From IMG/VR virus record IMGVR_UViG_3300032294_001352, positions 23,877 through 87,876 of that record: 64,000 bases of DNA. One strand, given 5' to 3'. Positions 37,878 through 47,099 of the stretch are shown piece by piece. This stretch comes from a virus. Made by a program: the position numbers and the translations under genes. Positions within the stretch are counted from its first letter, which is position 1. Each line of letters begins with the position of its first letter. A model generated the notes under the pieces. The model was not told the origin of the DNA. It made no database searches and saw nothing but the letters and a program-made list of their open reading frames with translations.

Positions 37878-38564
37878 ATGGATGATGATGCACAAAAGTT
37901 TTTTCGTGAGTTCACACACATCAATGCTGAGATGCAACGAGAGATGACAAAGTCAATGAAGGTGTTCTTTGACGCAATGGGAAAGCCAATCAATGAGGAT
38001 GCCAATCCAGATACGGTGATATGGCAGCAAGTGAAACAAGATATGCCACGCTTGTGGCACAAGATGGTTGGGAACTTCCACGCAACGCATGGGAAGCACG
38101 TTGCACTGGTGCAAGAAAACATGAAATACATGGCCACGGTAATGCCAGAGCAGCATGACGCACTGATAAATGCTGCATATCATCATGACAGATCAAAGTT
38201 AATTGAACCAGAGTTCACTCCATACGTGTGGCGATACTACCGGACAACGTGGCGCGCCCAAGGTGAGCAAGACACGCAGGTAACTACATTCATGGCCGAT
38301 CCTACGCTCGATCAGGCTATTCGAGATGCTGTGGTGCATCATGTGACGCACAATCGCCATCATCCTGAATGGCACTTAGATCCAGATGATATGACCACGT
38401 TAGACATCGTAGAGATGTGCTGTGACTGGTATGCAATGAGTCAGGAGCATGGCACAAGCATTGATGCGTGGGTGGAAAACGTCATCCCTCGCCGATACGC
38501 ATTTGGCCAAAAGAAAGCCACGGTGCTGCTAGTGATCAACCTGCTAAAACATCAGCATTCCTAG
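37878..38564 (+). CDS. HD-domain phosphohydrolase (DUF5662-like)
   Basis: H...HHDRSK...HHVTHNRHHPEW...DIVEMCCDW. Confidence 0.8.
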   Translation: MDDDAQKFFREFTHINAEMQREMTKSMKVFFDAMGKPINEDANPDTVIWQQVKQDMPRLWHKMVGNFHATHGKHVALVQENMKYMATVMPEQHDALINAAYHHDRSKLIEPEFTPYVWRYYRTTWRAQGEQDTQVTTFMADPTLDQAIRDAVVHHVTHNRHHPEWHLDPDDMTTLDIVEMCCDWYAMSQEHGTSIDAWVENVIPRRYAFGQKKATVLLVINLLKHQHS

Positions 38565-38591
38565 GGAATTGATTTTGATGCAATATTTTAT

Positions 38592-38647
38592 TTGACAAAG
38601 TATATAGTTTTGTGCTATGATCATCTCAGGTTGATTTGAGTAAGGAG
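38592..38647 (+). promoter_or_regulatory. Repeated phage promoter with leader
   Basis: TTGACA-AAGTATATAGTTT-...TATGAT...AGGTTGATT...TAAGGAG. Confidence 0.8.
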
Positions 38648-38655
38648 AGTAGCCT

Positions 38656-38892
38656 ATGTCACAGCAGTCACAGCCTCAGTTGCGTATCCGCGTTTCTATC
38701 CGTGGTTTTGATACTTTTACTGTCACATCCTACCGGATTGTGGATGGGCAGGAAGTGTTGGCCGGTGAGATTACCTACAACGCTCACGACTTTGACGGCT
38801 TCATTGACTTGGATAGCCACGACGTGGATTTCTGCGTGGCCGGCGACGGTTCGCCGATTGCCATCAGCCAACGTGACGATCACCAAGACTAA
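38656..38892 (+). CDS. Small acidic hypothetical protein
   Basis: First gene after the promoter; Asp-rich. Confidence 0.6.
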   Translation: MSQQSQPQLRIRVSIRGFDTFTVTSYRIVDGQEVLAGEITYNAHDFDGFIDLDSHDVDFCVAGDGSPIAISQRDDHQD

Positions 38893-38908
38893 AGAAAGGA
38901 ACCTGCAT

Positions 38909-39175
38909 ATGATGAACGTAGAAAAAGTGACTGTAGAGATTGTGGCCAAGGATAATGAGTGGCATGTGACCATCACCTGCCCAACCACCGGCTGGCAGGT
39001 ATCAGAAGTGAAGAAGTTAGAAGATCACGCACGCTGGTTTGCATGTCATACGCTGATGACCAAGTGGGCTTCTGGTTGTGTGACGTTCACTAAGCCGATG
39101 GAATGCGTCAACATGAACTTGATAACCGCGATTCTGGAAGAATATCACCGTGCAAGTAAGGAGTTTCAGTTATGA
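38909..39175 (+). CDS. Hypothetical protein
   Basis: AAAGGA RBS. Confidence 0.55.
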   Translation: MMNVEKVTVEIVAKDNEWHVTITCPTTGWQVSEVKKLEDHARWFACHTLMTKWASGCVTFTKPMECVNMNLITAILEEYHRASKEFQL

Positions 39176-39387
39176 GATTACGCACAATTAACGCTGAGCA
39201 AATGGCTGCCATCATCACGGAGATCCATGAGTGCATGACTAACGTGATGGATTCCTCACCAATGGCCGTGGTGGCGATCGTAGAGAGCAGCATTCACGAA
39301 GATGCACATTGGGATGATGATGCACCAGTGACCACAGCATCCATCCTGCAGGCCATAGACGCATGGAAAGCCACGCAACGCGCATAG
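39172..39387 (+). CDS. Hypothetical protein
   Basis: ATGA overlap with the upstream stop. Confidence 0.55.
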   Translation: MRLRTINAEQMAAIITEIHECMTNVMDSSPMAVVAIVESSIHEDAHWDDDAPVTTASILQAIDAWKATQRA

Positions 39388-39412
39388 AATCCCAGTAAAG
39401 CCTTTGACGCAT

Positions 39413-39441
39413 AAGGAAGCCAAGCAATCTGGCTTCCTTTA
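39413..39441 (+). terminator. Intrinsic terminator
   Basis: AAGGAAGCCA...TGGCTTCCTT-TT. Confidence 0.65.
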
Positions 39442-39516
39442 CTAATTTCTTTACTAGTGCTTTACTAGCAGATCGGGATGATGCGTTTTTAGTAAAGAAG
39501 ATATGCAATATTCTAT

Positions 39517-39572
39517 TTGACAAATTATATAGTTTCATGGTAGAATACTTCTAGGTTGATTTGAGCAAGGAG
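39517..39572 (+). promoter_or_regulatory. Repeated phage promoter with leader
   Basis: TTGACA-AATTATATAGTTT-...TAGAAT...AGGTTGATT...AAGGAG. Confidence 0.8.
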
Positions 39573-39580
39573 CAACGCAT

Positions 39581-39880
39581 ATGGCCAACACAGCAGAAGT
39601 ACGGATTTTTGAACCAGGCCTCGGATACACCACCATTCCAGCAGCGTGGGTGCCCACGGAGTCACTCCAAGAGTGTCTGACGTGGCTTGACGGTGGTGAC
39701 TGTATGCGTGAGGCCTTCAAAGAGTGGGTGCGTAAGTTTGGTGAGCGTGGCAGTGGTGAGTACCACATCAGCCTGCACGTTGACAATGAGCAAATTGGAC
39801 CAACGGAGATGATTGAGTGGTCATTTGCTGATGATGAAATCCAAGGCTTTGATTGGGATGATCGTCGCGATGATGAATAA
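39581..39880 (+). CDS. Acidic hypothetical protein
   Basis: First gene after the promoter. Confidence 0.65.
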   Translation: MANTAEVRIFEPGLGYTTIPAAWVPTESLQECLTWLDGGDCMREAFKEWVRKFGERGSGEYHISLHVDNEQIGPTEMIEWSFADDEIQGFDWDDRRDDE

Positions 39881-40079
39881 TCCCATGCATCGATACCATC
39901 AGTGGGCAGCAGAGCGGATGAGTGCCATGCCCACTGATGCGTTAAAAACACTGTTGGTCCGTTATCGTTCTATGGCCAAAGACTTCCCATGGACTGACGC
40001 AAAAGAGTACGTAGCGATTGTAGAGCAAGAATTGGTGACGCGCTCACCCAAGAAACGACGGAGTACAAAACATGGATAA
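39870..40079 (+). CDS. Hypothetical protein
   Basis: Overlapping ORF in the operon. Confidence 0.5.
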   Translation: MMNNPMHRYHQWAAERMSAMPTDALKTLLVRYRSMAKDFPWTDAKEYVAIVEQELVTRSPKKRRSTKHG

Positions 40080-40410
40080 GCAACAGCAGATTGACGAAGT
40101 GGTCCAGATGGTTCGTGAGCAACAATCCTTTGCCACGATCTGGGATAAGATTGCGGAGTACAAAATCAAGGGAACGTGCTGGTTGACGGTAGGAACGTGT
40201 AAGGGTGTGGCTGAGAGTGGCTTCCCAGTCATCGCAGACACGTACCACACGCACAACTGGGGAGAGTTGCAGCACTTCTACCGTGGTGCGCCTGAGGGAA
40301 GCATCGTGACGCGACCAGACGGCCGTGTCTACAAAGTCATGGCCACCTATGACGTGGCCGGTGATGCAACTATGCCAGCCAAATCCATGTGGTTTGCAGT
40401 GCTGATTTGA
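40072..40410 (+). CDS. Hypothetical protein
   Basis: GGAG RBS. Confidence 0.6.
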   Translation: MDKQQQIDEVVQMVREQQSFATIWDKIAEYKIKGTCWLTVGTCKGVAESGFPVIADTYHTHNWGELQHFYRGAPEGSIVTRPDGRVYKVMATYDVAGDATMPAKSMWFAVLI

Positions 40411-40473
40411 TTGACATTTACTGCCGCATAGCGTATCATCAAATTGTATATTGTATGTGCAAGGTGGTGCGCT

Positions 40474-40863
40474 ATGACAGCAGTAGATCCTCCATTGGCA
40501 GTGCAGGAAGTATTGGTGCATTGCTACGTGACCATTCAGCCTCAGAATACGTGGGAACGCTTCTGGTTGCGTGTGTGGCCACGGATGTTACCATATGAGG
40601 CAGAACACCGGATTATCCGGATGCTTGCCGCAGAGTTTGAAGAGCATCGTGGCACGTTAGTGAACATGACTCGGCTGCAGTTGGCCAAAGTGCAGGTAGA
40701 GCATTCCTGTGGCTGCGTGTTTGATGTTGGCCAGCATGTGTGGAGTGGCCGTCTGTGTGACAGTCACTGGTGGAATTGGGTGTTAGAGCAAGTGGGCACG
40801 GCCAAACAGTGGGAACGCTTGAAGAACCGATCAAACAATCTGACGAAATGGTGGGTACGATGA
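40474..40863 (+). CDS. Hypothetical protein (Trp/Cys-rich)
   Basis: AAGGTGG RBS; TTGACA-17 nt-TATCAT at 40411. Confidence 0.5.
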   Translation: MTAVDPPLAVQEVLVHCYVTIQPQNTWERFWLRVWPRMLPYEAEHRIIRMLAAEFEEHRGTLVNMTRLQLAKVQVEHSCGCVFDVGQHVWSGRLCDSHWWNWVLEQVGTAKQWERLKNRSNNLTKWWVR

Positions 40864-41189
40864 CAATGATGCCGCAAGAAGATGCACTCGCTTGGATGAT
40901 GCAAAAATACCACAATGCGAGTGATGCTGGTCAGCAGTGGGTGATTACAGCCTTTATTAGCCATCTCACGCAGCACATGCTGAATGAGGCGAACCAGAAG
41001 CAGGATTGGATCCGCGCCATGGGATTGCACGCTGTGTTGCGTGGCCACTCCGTACCAGTTGGCTGTGACGCAGACTCCATGCTTGCCGCAGTAGACGAGA
41101 TAGAGCGTGATGAGCAGTGGAAGCCGGTGTTGGCACTGATACAATCCATTCCAGTGGTGGAAGAGATGAAATATCCGTCATGGGAGTAA
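40860..41189 (+). CDS. Hypothetical protein
   Basis: ATGA overlap. Confidence 0.55.
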   Translation: MTMMPQEDALAWMMQKYHNASDAGQQWVITAFISHLTQHMLNEANQKQDWIRAMGLHAVLRGHSVPVGCDADSMLAAVDEIERDEQWKPVLALIQSIPVVEEMKYPSWE

Positions 41190-41609
41190 GTGATGATGTT
41201 AGGAATCGCCATCGGTAGTGTCATCTTAATGGGATTGGTGCTGCTGTGGCGATGGTCCAATGACGCAGTGGCTGAGATTGAGGAAGCCAAAGAACTCCGT
41301 CAAACATGCCGCATTATCCACCGAACACTTATGACCATGCTTGAAGCCGTGCAAAATAAGCGCTGGAATGATGCGAAGTGGAATCTGATGGTGGCACGGA
41401 AGCGCTATAGCCTCTATACGCGTGACACCATTAGAGGATCGGATAACCGATACGCATATGAGTTGATGGGCTTTGTCATTGAGTACATGGCTACTGCGTT
41501 ACAGGCGGCAGAAGAGCGACACGCAGTCGTTGTTCAGGAATCACTGATGAGCGCAGCAGCAACGTATAATAAGTGTGTGGCCGTATTAACGCAGCAGATC
41601 CCAGAGTAA
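41190..41609 (+). CDS. Membrane-anchored hypothetical protein
   Basis: N-terminal transmembrane helix. Confidence 0.6.
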   Translation: MMMLGIAIGSVILMGLVLLWRWSNDAVAEIEEAKELRQTCRIIHRTLMTMLEAVQNKRWNDAKWNLMVARKRYSLYTRDTIRGSDNRYAYELMGFVIEYMATALQAAEERHAVVVQESLMSAAATYNKCVAVLTQQIPE

Positions 41610-41613
41610 CCTG

Positions 41614-41919
41614 ATGAATCGATGGCGCAAACAAGTGAGAGTCAATGGAGTGATGACGCAGACGCTTCGACTGCGGCACTATCCGAGTGCTGACAAAGGC
41701 GTGATGGTGTCACTCATGCTCACCCAAGAAAAAGACAATCCCCATCTCTCACTTGAAGTGGATGGGGATTGCGTTGTGTCATCAGCACAGGATGAGTATG
41801 CGTTGTTGTGTGCGGCAATGGAGTTGCTCCGTGATGCGATTGACTTGGTTGATCCGGCCAAGCAGCCTACGCCAGTCAAGCCACCATCACGCAAGGAGCG
41901 AACGGATTTTCCACTCTAA
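41614..41919 (+). CDS. Hypothetical protein
   Basis: 101-aa ORF; its 3' end overlaps the convergent dps gene. Confidence 0.45.
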   Translation: MNRWRKQVRVNGVMTQTLRLRHYPSADKGVMVSLMLTQEKDNPHLSLEVDGDCVVSSAQDEYALLCAAMELLRDAIDLVDPAKQPTPVKPPSRKERTDFPL

Positions 41920-42324
41920 CTTCTGGTGCGCGCCTAATCGCTCTTGCAAGAAGTTGCTCACGGCCGGTTCACCAGCGTCATCTGCGGCAGCAATGGCTTC
42001 CCGACAGACAGCGATGATGGCTTGGTTGGCCGTCTGGAAGTCAGTGACCATGGCAGCAAAATCCATGTCGTCCGTCACGTCATCAGTGATGCTACCCATG
42101 GTGAGCAGGCGATTCAATGCCGCAGGTACTTTGACGTTCAAGAAGCGCAGATGCTCTGCAATCGGATCAAGTGCGTCAAACAGTTCATTGTACACATCGC
42201 CAAAGAAGTCGTGGTACTGGGGAAAGTCAGCACCTTCAACATTCCAGTGCATGACGTGGGCTTTGTAGTACATCTTCATAGTGCCGCTTAACAGGTTGCG
42301 TAACTGCGCAATCAATTCTTCCAT
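41887..42324 (-). CDS. dps: Dps / DNA-binding ferritin-like protein
   Basis: HWNVEG..F..YH..F...Y......D.IAE ferroxidase signature; GGAGG RBS before ATG 42324. Confidence 0.9.
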   Translation of the reverse strand: MEELIAQLRNLLSGTMKMYYKAHVMHWNVEGADFPQYHDFFGDVYNELFDALDPIAEHLRFLNVKVPAALNRLLTMGSITDDVTDDMDFAAMVTDFQTANQAIIAVCREAIAAADDAGEPAVSNFLQERLGAHQKLEWKIRSLLA

Positions 42325-42432
42325 GGTTATCCTCCGTAGTGCATATCCAATCTCACTCGTAGTATACCATTGAGCGAAAACATAGAATCTATAGACGTGA
42401 GTGCTATACTGTTCACAGAAAGGAAGGTGCAC

Positions 42433-43116
42433 ATGGAACCGATCTTACCGTTGAAGCCCAATCCCATTCCCACACCAATGAACGCCTATAGCATCAGTGG
42501 CAGTTGGTCATATCCGGATAAAAGCGGCACGATGTATCACATGGCCGTTGGTCGCCTTGGACCAAACCAACAGTGGGGGTTGCATGTATTCCGGACACCA
42601 CCAGGAAAGAAAGCCGAACTGCTGTTGCTCATTCCTGATGCCAATGGAAGTTTGGAGATTGTGAATCGCACGCTCCGTGTGGTCTGGTGCGATCCCCAAG
42701 GCAAACAGTGGTGGCAGGAGATTCCTGGCTTCATTTACTGGGATGACAAGCCGAGCGGCACGACGGTAAACATCAATGAGGCACAAGTGGCCACGTTGAA
42801 GCAGCAGATTGCCACCGCTCAGCAGATGGCTGGTACTGCCCAAGGCACGGCCACCACTGCACTGAACAAGGCCAACAGTCAGGATGCAAAGATTGCGTCA
42901 CTTGAGCGACAGATTGCGGCAATGCAGAACCAGATTTCCAACTTGCAGAATCAAATCCTCTCCAAGCAGCAGATTGAGGATATTGTCTGGTCCAAAATCT
43001 GGGATGTGAATTACCTAATCCGGATGGGCTTCCTCCAAGGATCGTCAAGCATTCAGCAGGTGCAGGATTACTTGAACGATCTTACGGTGTTCATTAAGCG
43101 CGTTGTTGGAAAGTAG
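42433..43116 (+). CDS. Hypothetical protein with a C-terminal coiled coil
   Basis: AAGGAAGG RBS; Gln-rich heptads. Confidence 0.65.
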   Translation: MEPILPLKPNPIPTPMNAYSISGSWSYPDKSGTMYHMAVGRLGPNQQWGLHVFRTPPGKKAELLLLIPDANGSLEIVNRTLRVVWCDPQGKQWWQEIPGFIYWDDKPSGTTVNINEAQVATLKQQIATAQQMAGTAQGTATTALNKANSQDAKIASLERQIAAMQNQISNLQNQILSKQQIEDIVWSKIWDVNYLIRMGFLQGSSSIQQVQDYLNDLTVFIKRVVGK

Positions 43117-43127
43117 GCGGCAACGGT

Positions 43128-43427
43128 ATGTCACCACTTCAACCACAGAAACTGCTGCTTGTGACACGCCACGTAGACAAAGACATCTTCTACCAAGCAG
43201 AACTGGTGGAACTCAAAGGCTTGTACGTGTGGGCAGTTTCTGTGGGAAGTGCGGCACAGAATGTGACGTTTACTGGGGAATCGTATAGTCCGCTCCATGC
43301 GCTTTCACAGATGCGAAACACGCTACTCATTACCAATGATGTGGCTAATGACTTACTCATTGATGTGAAGCAGGCGATTGACACGCTGATGGACCAGGAT
43401 AGCGGCATTGATTCTACGTTGAACTAG
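43128..43427 (+). CDS. Hypothetical protein
   Basis: 99 aa in the operon. Confidence 0.5.
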   Translation: MSPLQPQKLLLVTRHVDKDIFYQAELVELKGLYVWAVSVGSAAQNVTFTGESYSPLHALSQMRNTLLITNDVANDLLIDVKQAIDTLMDQDSGIDSTLN

Positions 43428-43432
43428 GAGAT

Positions 43433-43648
43433 ATGATGGCACACGGAATCAAGAAGAATGAAGACTTAGTACGGACCACTATCACCATGCCAGTGAGCAC
43501 GGATCGTCGATTAGATGAACTGATGATGCTGATGCAACTGACACGGAGTGAAGTGATTGCGTATCTGGTAGATCGTGAGGCTGAGCGTCGTCAGGCTGAG
43601 ATTGTAACGATGCGGCAGAAGCGGAAAGTATTGTTTCACGTAGAATAG
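43433..43648 (+). CDS. CopG/RHH DNA-binding protein
   Basis: RTTITMP....RLDEL....LTRSEVI. Confidence 0.7.
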   Translation: MMAHGIKKNEDLVRTTITMPVSTDRRLDELMMLMQLTRSEVIAYLVDREAERRQAEIVTMRQKRKVLFHVE

Positions 43649-43658
43649 GAGCACTCTG

Positions 43659-43928
43659 ATGGATGGATTAGTACTGACACAGAGCGTGTTAGCCGTCGTG
43701 ACATTGGCAAAAGTGTTGGTAGACATGACCAAGATGGCCGTGCCAGATGCACCAAAGTGGATCTTCCCACTGGTAGCACTCGGCTATAGCCTACTGATTA
43801 GCCTACTGTTTACCGTGGCCAACGGATTGCTGCTTGACGCAGTCACCGTCAGTCAGGCAATTCTTGAGGCCATCCTTGCCGCAGGTGCAGCAATCGGCGT
43901 AACGGAACTGCAAAAGCGTGTACAATAG
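43659..43928 (+). CDS. Holin-like membrane protein
   Basis: 89 aa, 2-3 TM segments, VDMTK...KWIFPLVAL pattern, basic C-terminus. Confidence 0.6.
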   Translation: MDGLVLTQSVLAVVTLAKVLVDMTKMAVPDAPKWIFPLVALGYSLLISLLFTVANGLLLDAVTVSQAILEAILAAGAAIGVTELQKRVQ

Positions 43929-44018
43929 GTTTGGGATTCACCTATAGAAAGGAGATGGCACTCCTATCTACTCCCAACACACAATTCAATATCCCTCAGT
44001 TTCCAGTCGTGCGGAACA

Positions 44019-44060
44019 ATGAATCCACCTGTTGCAGTAATGTGCCGCAGGTGGATTCAT
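44019..44060. terminator. Hairpin between convergent genes
   Basis: ATGAATCCACCTG/CAGGTGGATTCAT 13-bp inverted repeat. Confidence 0.6.
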
Positions 44061-44077
44061 GTGTGCCACGGAGCAAT

Positions 44078-45130
44078 CTATGACAACGTGACTGAGTAAC
44101 TGACGCTGCTTGGATTTTCTTTGCGCCATGATGCCTGCAGAAGTACGTGCTGCATAATTGCATTAGCCAGAAAGTTCATGGATTTACTAATTGCCGCAGT
44201 ATCAAGTTCCGGTTGATTCAGATACGGATTTGTTCTGACTGGTGGTTTGCCAAGTACCTTGGTGAGAATGACGGTAGAAGCCATATGCCACTCTTTCGCA
44301 TAGTTTGGCGTGCGGAACATGTTATTGAAAAGCGTTTGCGCGCGTGTCGTGATGGTGAGCATTGTTGCTCTTGTGGTATTACGCTCTCGCATAGCCTCAC
44401 CCTTGGTCAGTTTGTTGAGTGCCGCAACAAACGTCAGATTCATTGCACCAGGATTGTTCTTGAACAAATCACGCATGTCACGGAATGACGCTTCAATCTC
44501 TGGGCGCATGTACCGAACACTCTCAGGAATAAAGATGTCTAAATCATCCATAATGAGATCAAGCATGGCTTCCATCTGTTGCCGCTCTTCCTTTTTCATC
44601 GGAATGGCTTGGGCTTCAATAGAAAGCAATCCAGTTTCACCCATGTTAATTAAATCTGCTGGACTGAACGTGACGACATCTGGATGATTATGCGTGATAT
44701 GTGATGAACGGAGCATGGTGACGGCAGGCATACGGACACGGCTAGCCGTTCCCTGAAACTCACCAAGAATATTCCCAACGTCATCAATCAACACAGCACG
44801 CTCACGCTTGGCCTTGCGATCAATCTTGACAGTTGGCTGAGCATAGACTTGTTGCGCACGACTAATCATCTGTTCACCAATCGGTGAGTTTGAGATGATG
44901 CTGCGTGATTTGGCAATGTCACCAGTTGCCGCACTCCCAACAATTTCCGGTTCTGGCTTCTTCTTGCGTGATGCTGGTTTCTTGGCCGGAGCAGGTTTTG
45001 GTTCTGGCGTGGGCGCAGGCGTTTGGGCAGCCGGTGCTGGTTCACCAGTTTCCCCAATCACGTTGCCAAAGATGTCATAGATCTTTGCGTCAATCGCACC
45101 TGCTCCGGCCTTTTTACGGTTTCGTCCCAT
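44078..45130 (-). CDS. MGRNR-tag protein 5, JAB/MPN-like cargo
   Basis: MGRNRKKAGAGAIDAKIYDIFGN start; ERAVLID...THNHPD...FSPADL (E...HxH...S..D). Confidence 0.8.
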   Translation of the reverse strand: MGRNRKKAGAGAIDAKIYDIFGNVIGETGEPAPAAQTPAPTPEPKPAPAKKPASRKKKPEPEIVGSAATGDIAKSRSIISNSPIGEQMISRAQQVYAQPTVKIDRKAKRERAVLIDDVGNILGEFQGTASRVRMPAVTMLRSSHITHNHPDVVTFSPADLINMGETGLLSIEAQAIPMKKEERQQMEAMLDLIMDDLDIFIPESVRYMRPEIEASFRDMRDLFKNNPGAMNLTFVAALNKLTKGEAMRERNTTRATMLTITTRAQTLFNNMFRTPNYAKEWHMASTVILTKVLGKPPVRTNPYLNQPELDTAAISKSMNFLANAIMQHVLLQASWRKENPSSVSYSVTLS

Positions 45131-45140
45131 GCCGCACTCC

Positions 45141-45440
45141 TTATGATGGCCAGAACTTCAGGATAGTTGGCCACAAAAAGGCGATGAGTGCCACAATACC
45201 GTGCCAGAATGCCATCCGGTTTTCCATGGAAGTAATTCGAGTACGGAGTTCTTTCACTTCACCCTCTAACTCGTCCACCTGTTTAATCAGGTTTTCCTCA
45301 CGCTTTTCCATGACGTGCAGCACCTTTTCTATGCTCTTCTCTATCTGTTCAATGCGCTTGTCTATGTGACTTAGTGATGATTCCACTTTGGCCAATCTAT
45401 CTGTGACCACCATCGGATCTAATGCAGGTGTTGGACTCAT
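45141..45440 (-). CDS. Coiled-coil protein with a C-terminal TM segment (XhlA/holin-associated type)
   Basis: Heptad repeats followed by FWHGIVALIAFLW. Confidence 0.55.
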   Translation of the reverse strand: MSPTPALDPMVVTDRLAKVESSLSHIDKRIEQIEKSIEKVLHVMEKREENLIKQVDELEGEVKELRTRITSMENRMAFWHGIVALIAFLWPTILKFWPS

Positions 45441-45474
45441 TGCGGCACCCTTTCTTGTGCGACTAGTGAATGTT

Positions 45475-45900
45475 TTAGTGCGTTCCACAGTTCACCCGTA
45501 GTAATCGATCTGCTGTTTGGACCACCGGTACAGATACCGTACCAGAAATGAAACGAAAAAATGGGCAGCCACGGAGTGGATACCCATCAAATAAGACTGC
45601 CATGTTTGCGGCAAGATTGTGATTAGTAGTAAATGACTTGTTATCAAACCATTTGTACACCGTGTGCCAAATAGTTGCATCATAGGAGATTTGGAGCGTA
45701 AGTTTGGCAGCATCCCACGCATCCGGAGTGCAGACTAAAAGCGGCAAATAACCAAGTCGGTCTGGTCGTGTCATGTCAATGGGTGTACTGGTTGAAGTAC
45801 CACTTGGGATGGTGCATTCAACCAGTATCGTCATGGTCAATGTAAACGCTACGCTTGGGATAGGAATAGCAGTAGGTACAATTATTGGTGACTGCGGCAT
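45475..45900 (-). CDS. Hypothetical protein (possible virion beta-sandwich)
   Basis: PDAWDAAKLTLQISYD...QTADR pattern. Confidence 0.55.
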   Translation of the reverse strand: MPQSPIIVPTAIPIPSVAFTLTMTILVECTIPSGTSTSTPIDMTRPDRLGYLPLLVCTPDAWDAAKLTLQISYDATIWHTVYKWFDNKSFTTNHNLAANMAVLFDGYPLRGCPFFRFISGTVSVPVVQTADRLLRVNCGTH

Positions 45901-45956
45901 TGGTGCTCTCTTTCACTTAGGCTTCTTACTCTAAGTGTAAGAGTATCGTCAAGTGT

Positions 45957-46532
45957 TTATTGCTCCACTTTTGGCAGCACCACTCCGATTTGTGACTGGT
46001 ACTTGCCTTTTTTGTCAGCGTACGACGTGCGGCAGTCACCACCATCCAAGAAGTAGACTTGTGCGATCCCTTCATTGGCGTGAATCCGGATAGCATGGTG
46101 TGACACGTTGCTCAGTTCAATGGTGATGTGGCCCTCCCACTCTGGTTCAAGTGGTGTGCAGTTCACCAGAAGCCCACAGCGTGCGTAGGTTGACTTCCCG
46201 AGCACAATCCCAAGCACGTCACGCGGAATCCGGAAGTACTCTACCGTGCGGCATAACACAAGGCCACCTGGGGGCAGCACGTACTGATCAGCGATAACGT
46301 GCTGAGTGTATTGCTCAATGTTGCGTTCCTTAGGATCGATGATATACGCGCGATCGTCAGACCAGGCTACTGGTGATTCCACGTACTTCCACTCATTGGC
46401 CACACGCATGTCATAACCGTATGACGATACACCGTAGGAGATAACGCCACTGCGTTCCTGCTGCATGACAAACGGTTCAATCATTCCGTTGGCAGCGTGC
46501 GTAATGATCCACCCATCATTCTTGACACCCAT
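45957..46532 (-). CDS. dcd: dCTP deaminase
   Basis: ISYGVSSYGYD, GKSTYARCG, TPLEPEWEG, EGIAQ, YADKKGKYQ. Confidence 0.95.
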   Translation of the reverse strand: MGVKNDGWIITHAANGMIEPFVMQQERSGVISYGVSSYGYDMRVANEWKYVESPVAWSDDRAYIIDPKERNIEQYTQHVIADQYVLPPGGLVLCRTVEYFRIPRDVLGIVLGKSTYARCGLLVNCTPLEPEWEGHITIELSNVSHHAIRIHANEGIAQVYFLDGGDCRTSYADKKGKYQSQIGVVLPKVEQ

Positions 46533-46590
46533 GATTGTTCCCTCTCATATCACGAAAATCCTCATTTGCATTATAAGATAAAATTGGTAC

Positions 46591-46649
46591 TTGACAAAAG
46601 TATATAGTTTGTATTATAATGACTGACATAGAGTTGATTTAGTAAGGAG
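46591..46649 (+). promoter_or_regulatory. Repeated phage promoter with leader
   Basis: TTGACA-AAAGTATATAGTTTGTAT-TATAAT-GACTGACATAGAGTT...TAAGGAG. Confidence 0.85.
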
Positions 46650-46655
46650 CGCCAC

Positions 46656-46772
46656 ATGGACAAGATTCTTCGCAACGCACGCTACGATGATGCCTGTCGC
46701 ACCTACCACACTCGCAAGTTCCGTCGTCGCTACAAGATTGCACTCGCTCGCTACATCAAGGAGGCCAAGTAA
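46656..46772 (+). CDS. 38-aa basic peptide (not in the ORF track)
   Basis: TAAGGAG RBS; MDKILRNARYDDACRTYHTRKFRRRYKIALARYIKEAK; its stop overlaps the next ATG. Confidence 0.65.
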   Translation: MDKILRNARYDDACRTYHTRKFRRRYKIALARYIKEAK

Positions 46773-47098
46773 TGACCAAAGAAATCACTGTGAAGTTGCC
46801 AAAAGGCTGGGAGTTCTGTGACGTGTTGGAAGCCCAGCGTGAGGTGTCAGAGAACGTCACCATGTCTGTTGCGCCACGCTACGTTGGCCGTGGGGTGTTC
46901 GATCTCACCAAGTGGGATGTGCTTGTGACCAAGCATGTGGCTGACATCATGCCCACTGAGGAAAATGACTGGTATGACGGTACGGAAACACTCGCTAAGT
47001 TCACCGTCACCACGGAAGTGGATAGCCCAGCATCATGGCGCAAAGCGTGTGTGATGGCGTTCAAGCAGGGAACCAAGATGATTAAGGAGGCCAAGTAA
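46772..47098 (+). CDS. Hypothetical protein
   Basis: AAGGAGG RBS. Confidence 0.65.
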   Translation: MTKEITVKLPKGWEFCDVLEAQREVSENVTMSVAPRYVGRGVFDLTKWDVLVTKHVADIMPTEENDWYDGTETLAKFTVTTEVDSPASWRKACVMAFKQGTKMIKEAK

Positions 47099-47099
47099 T

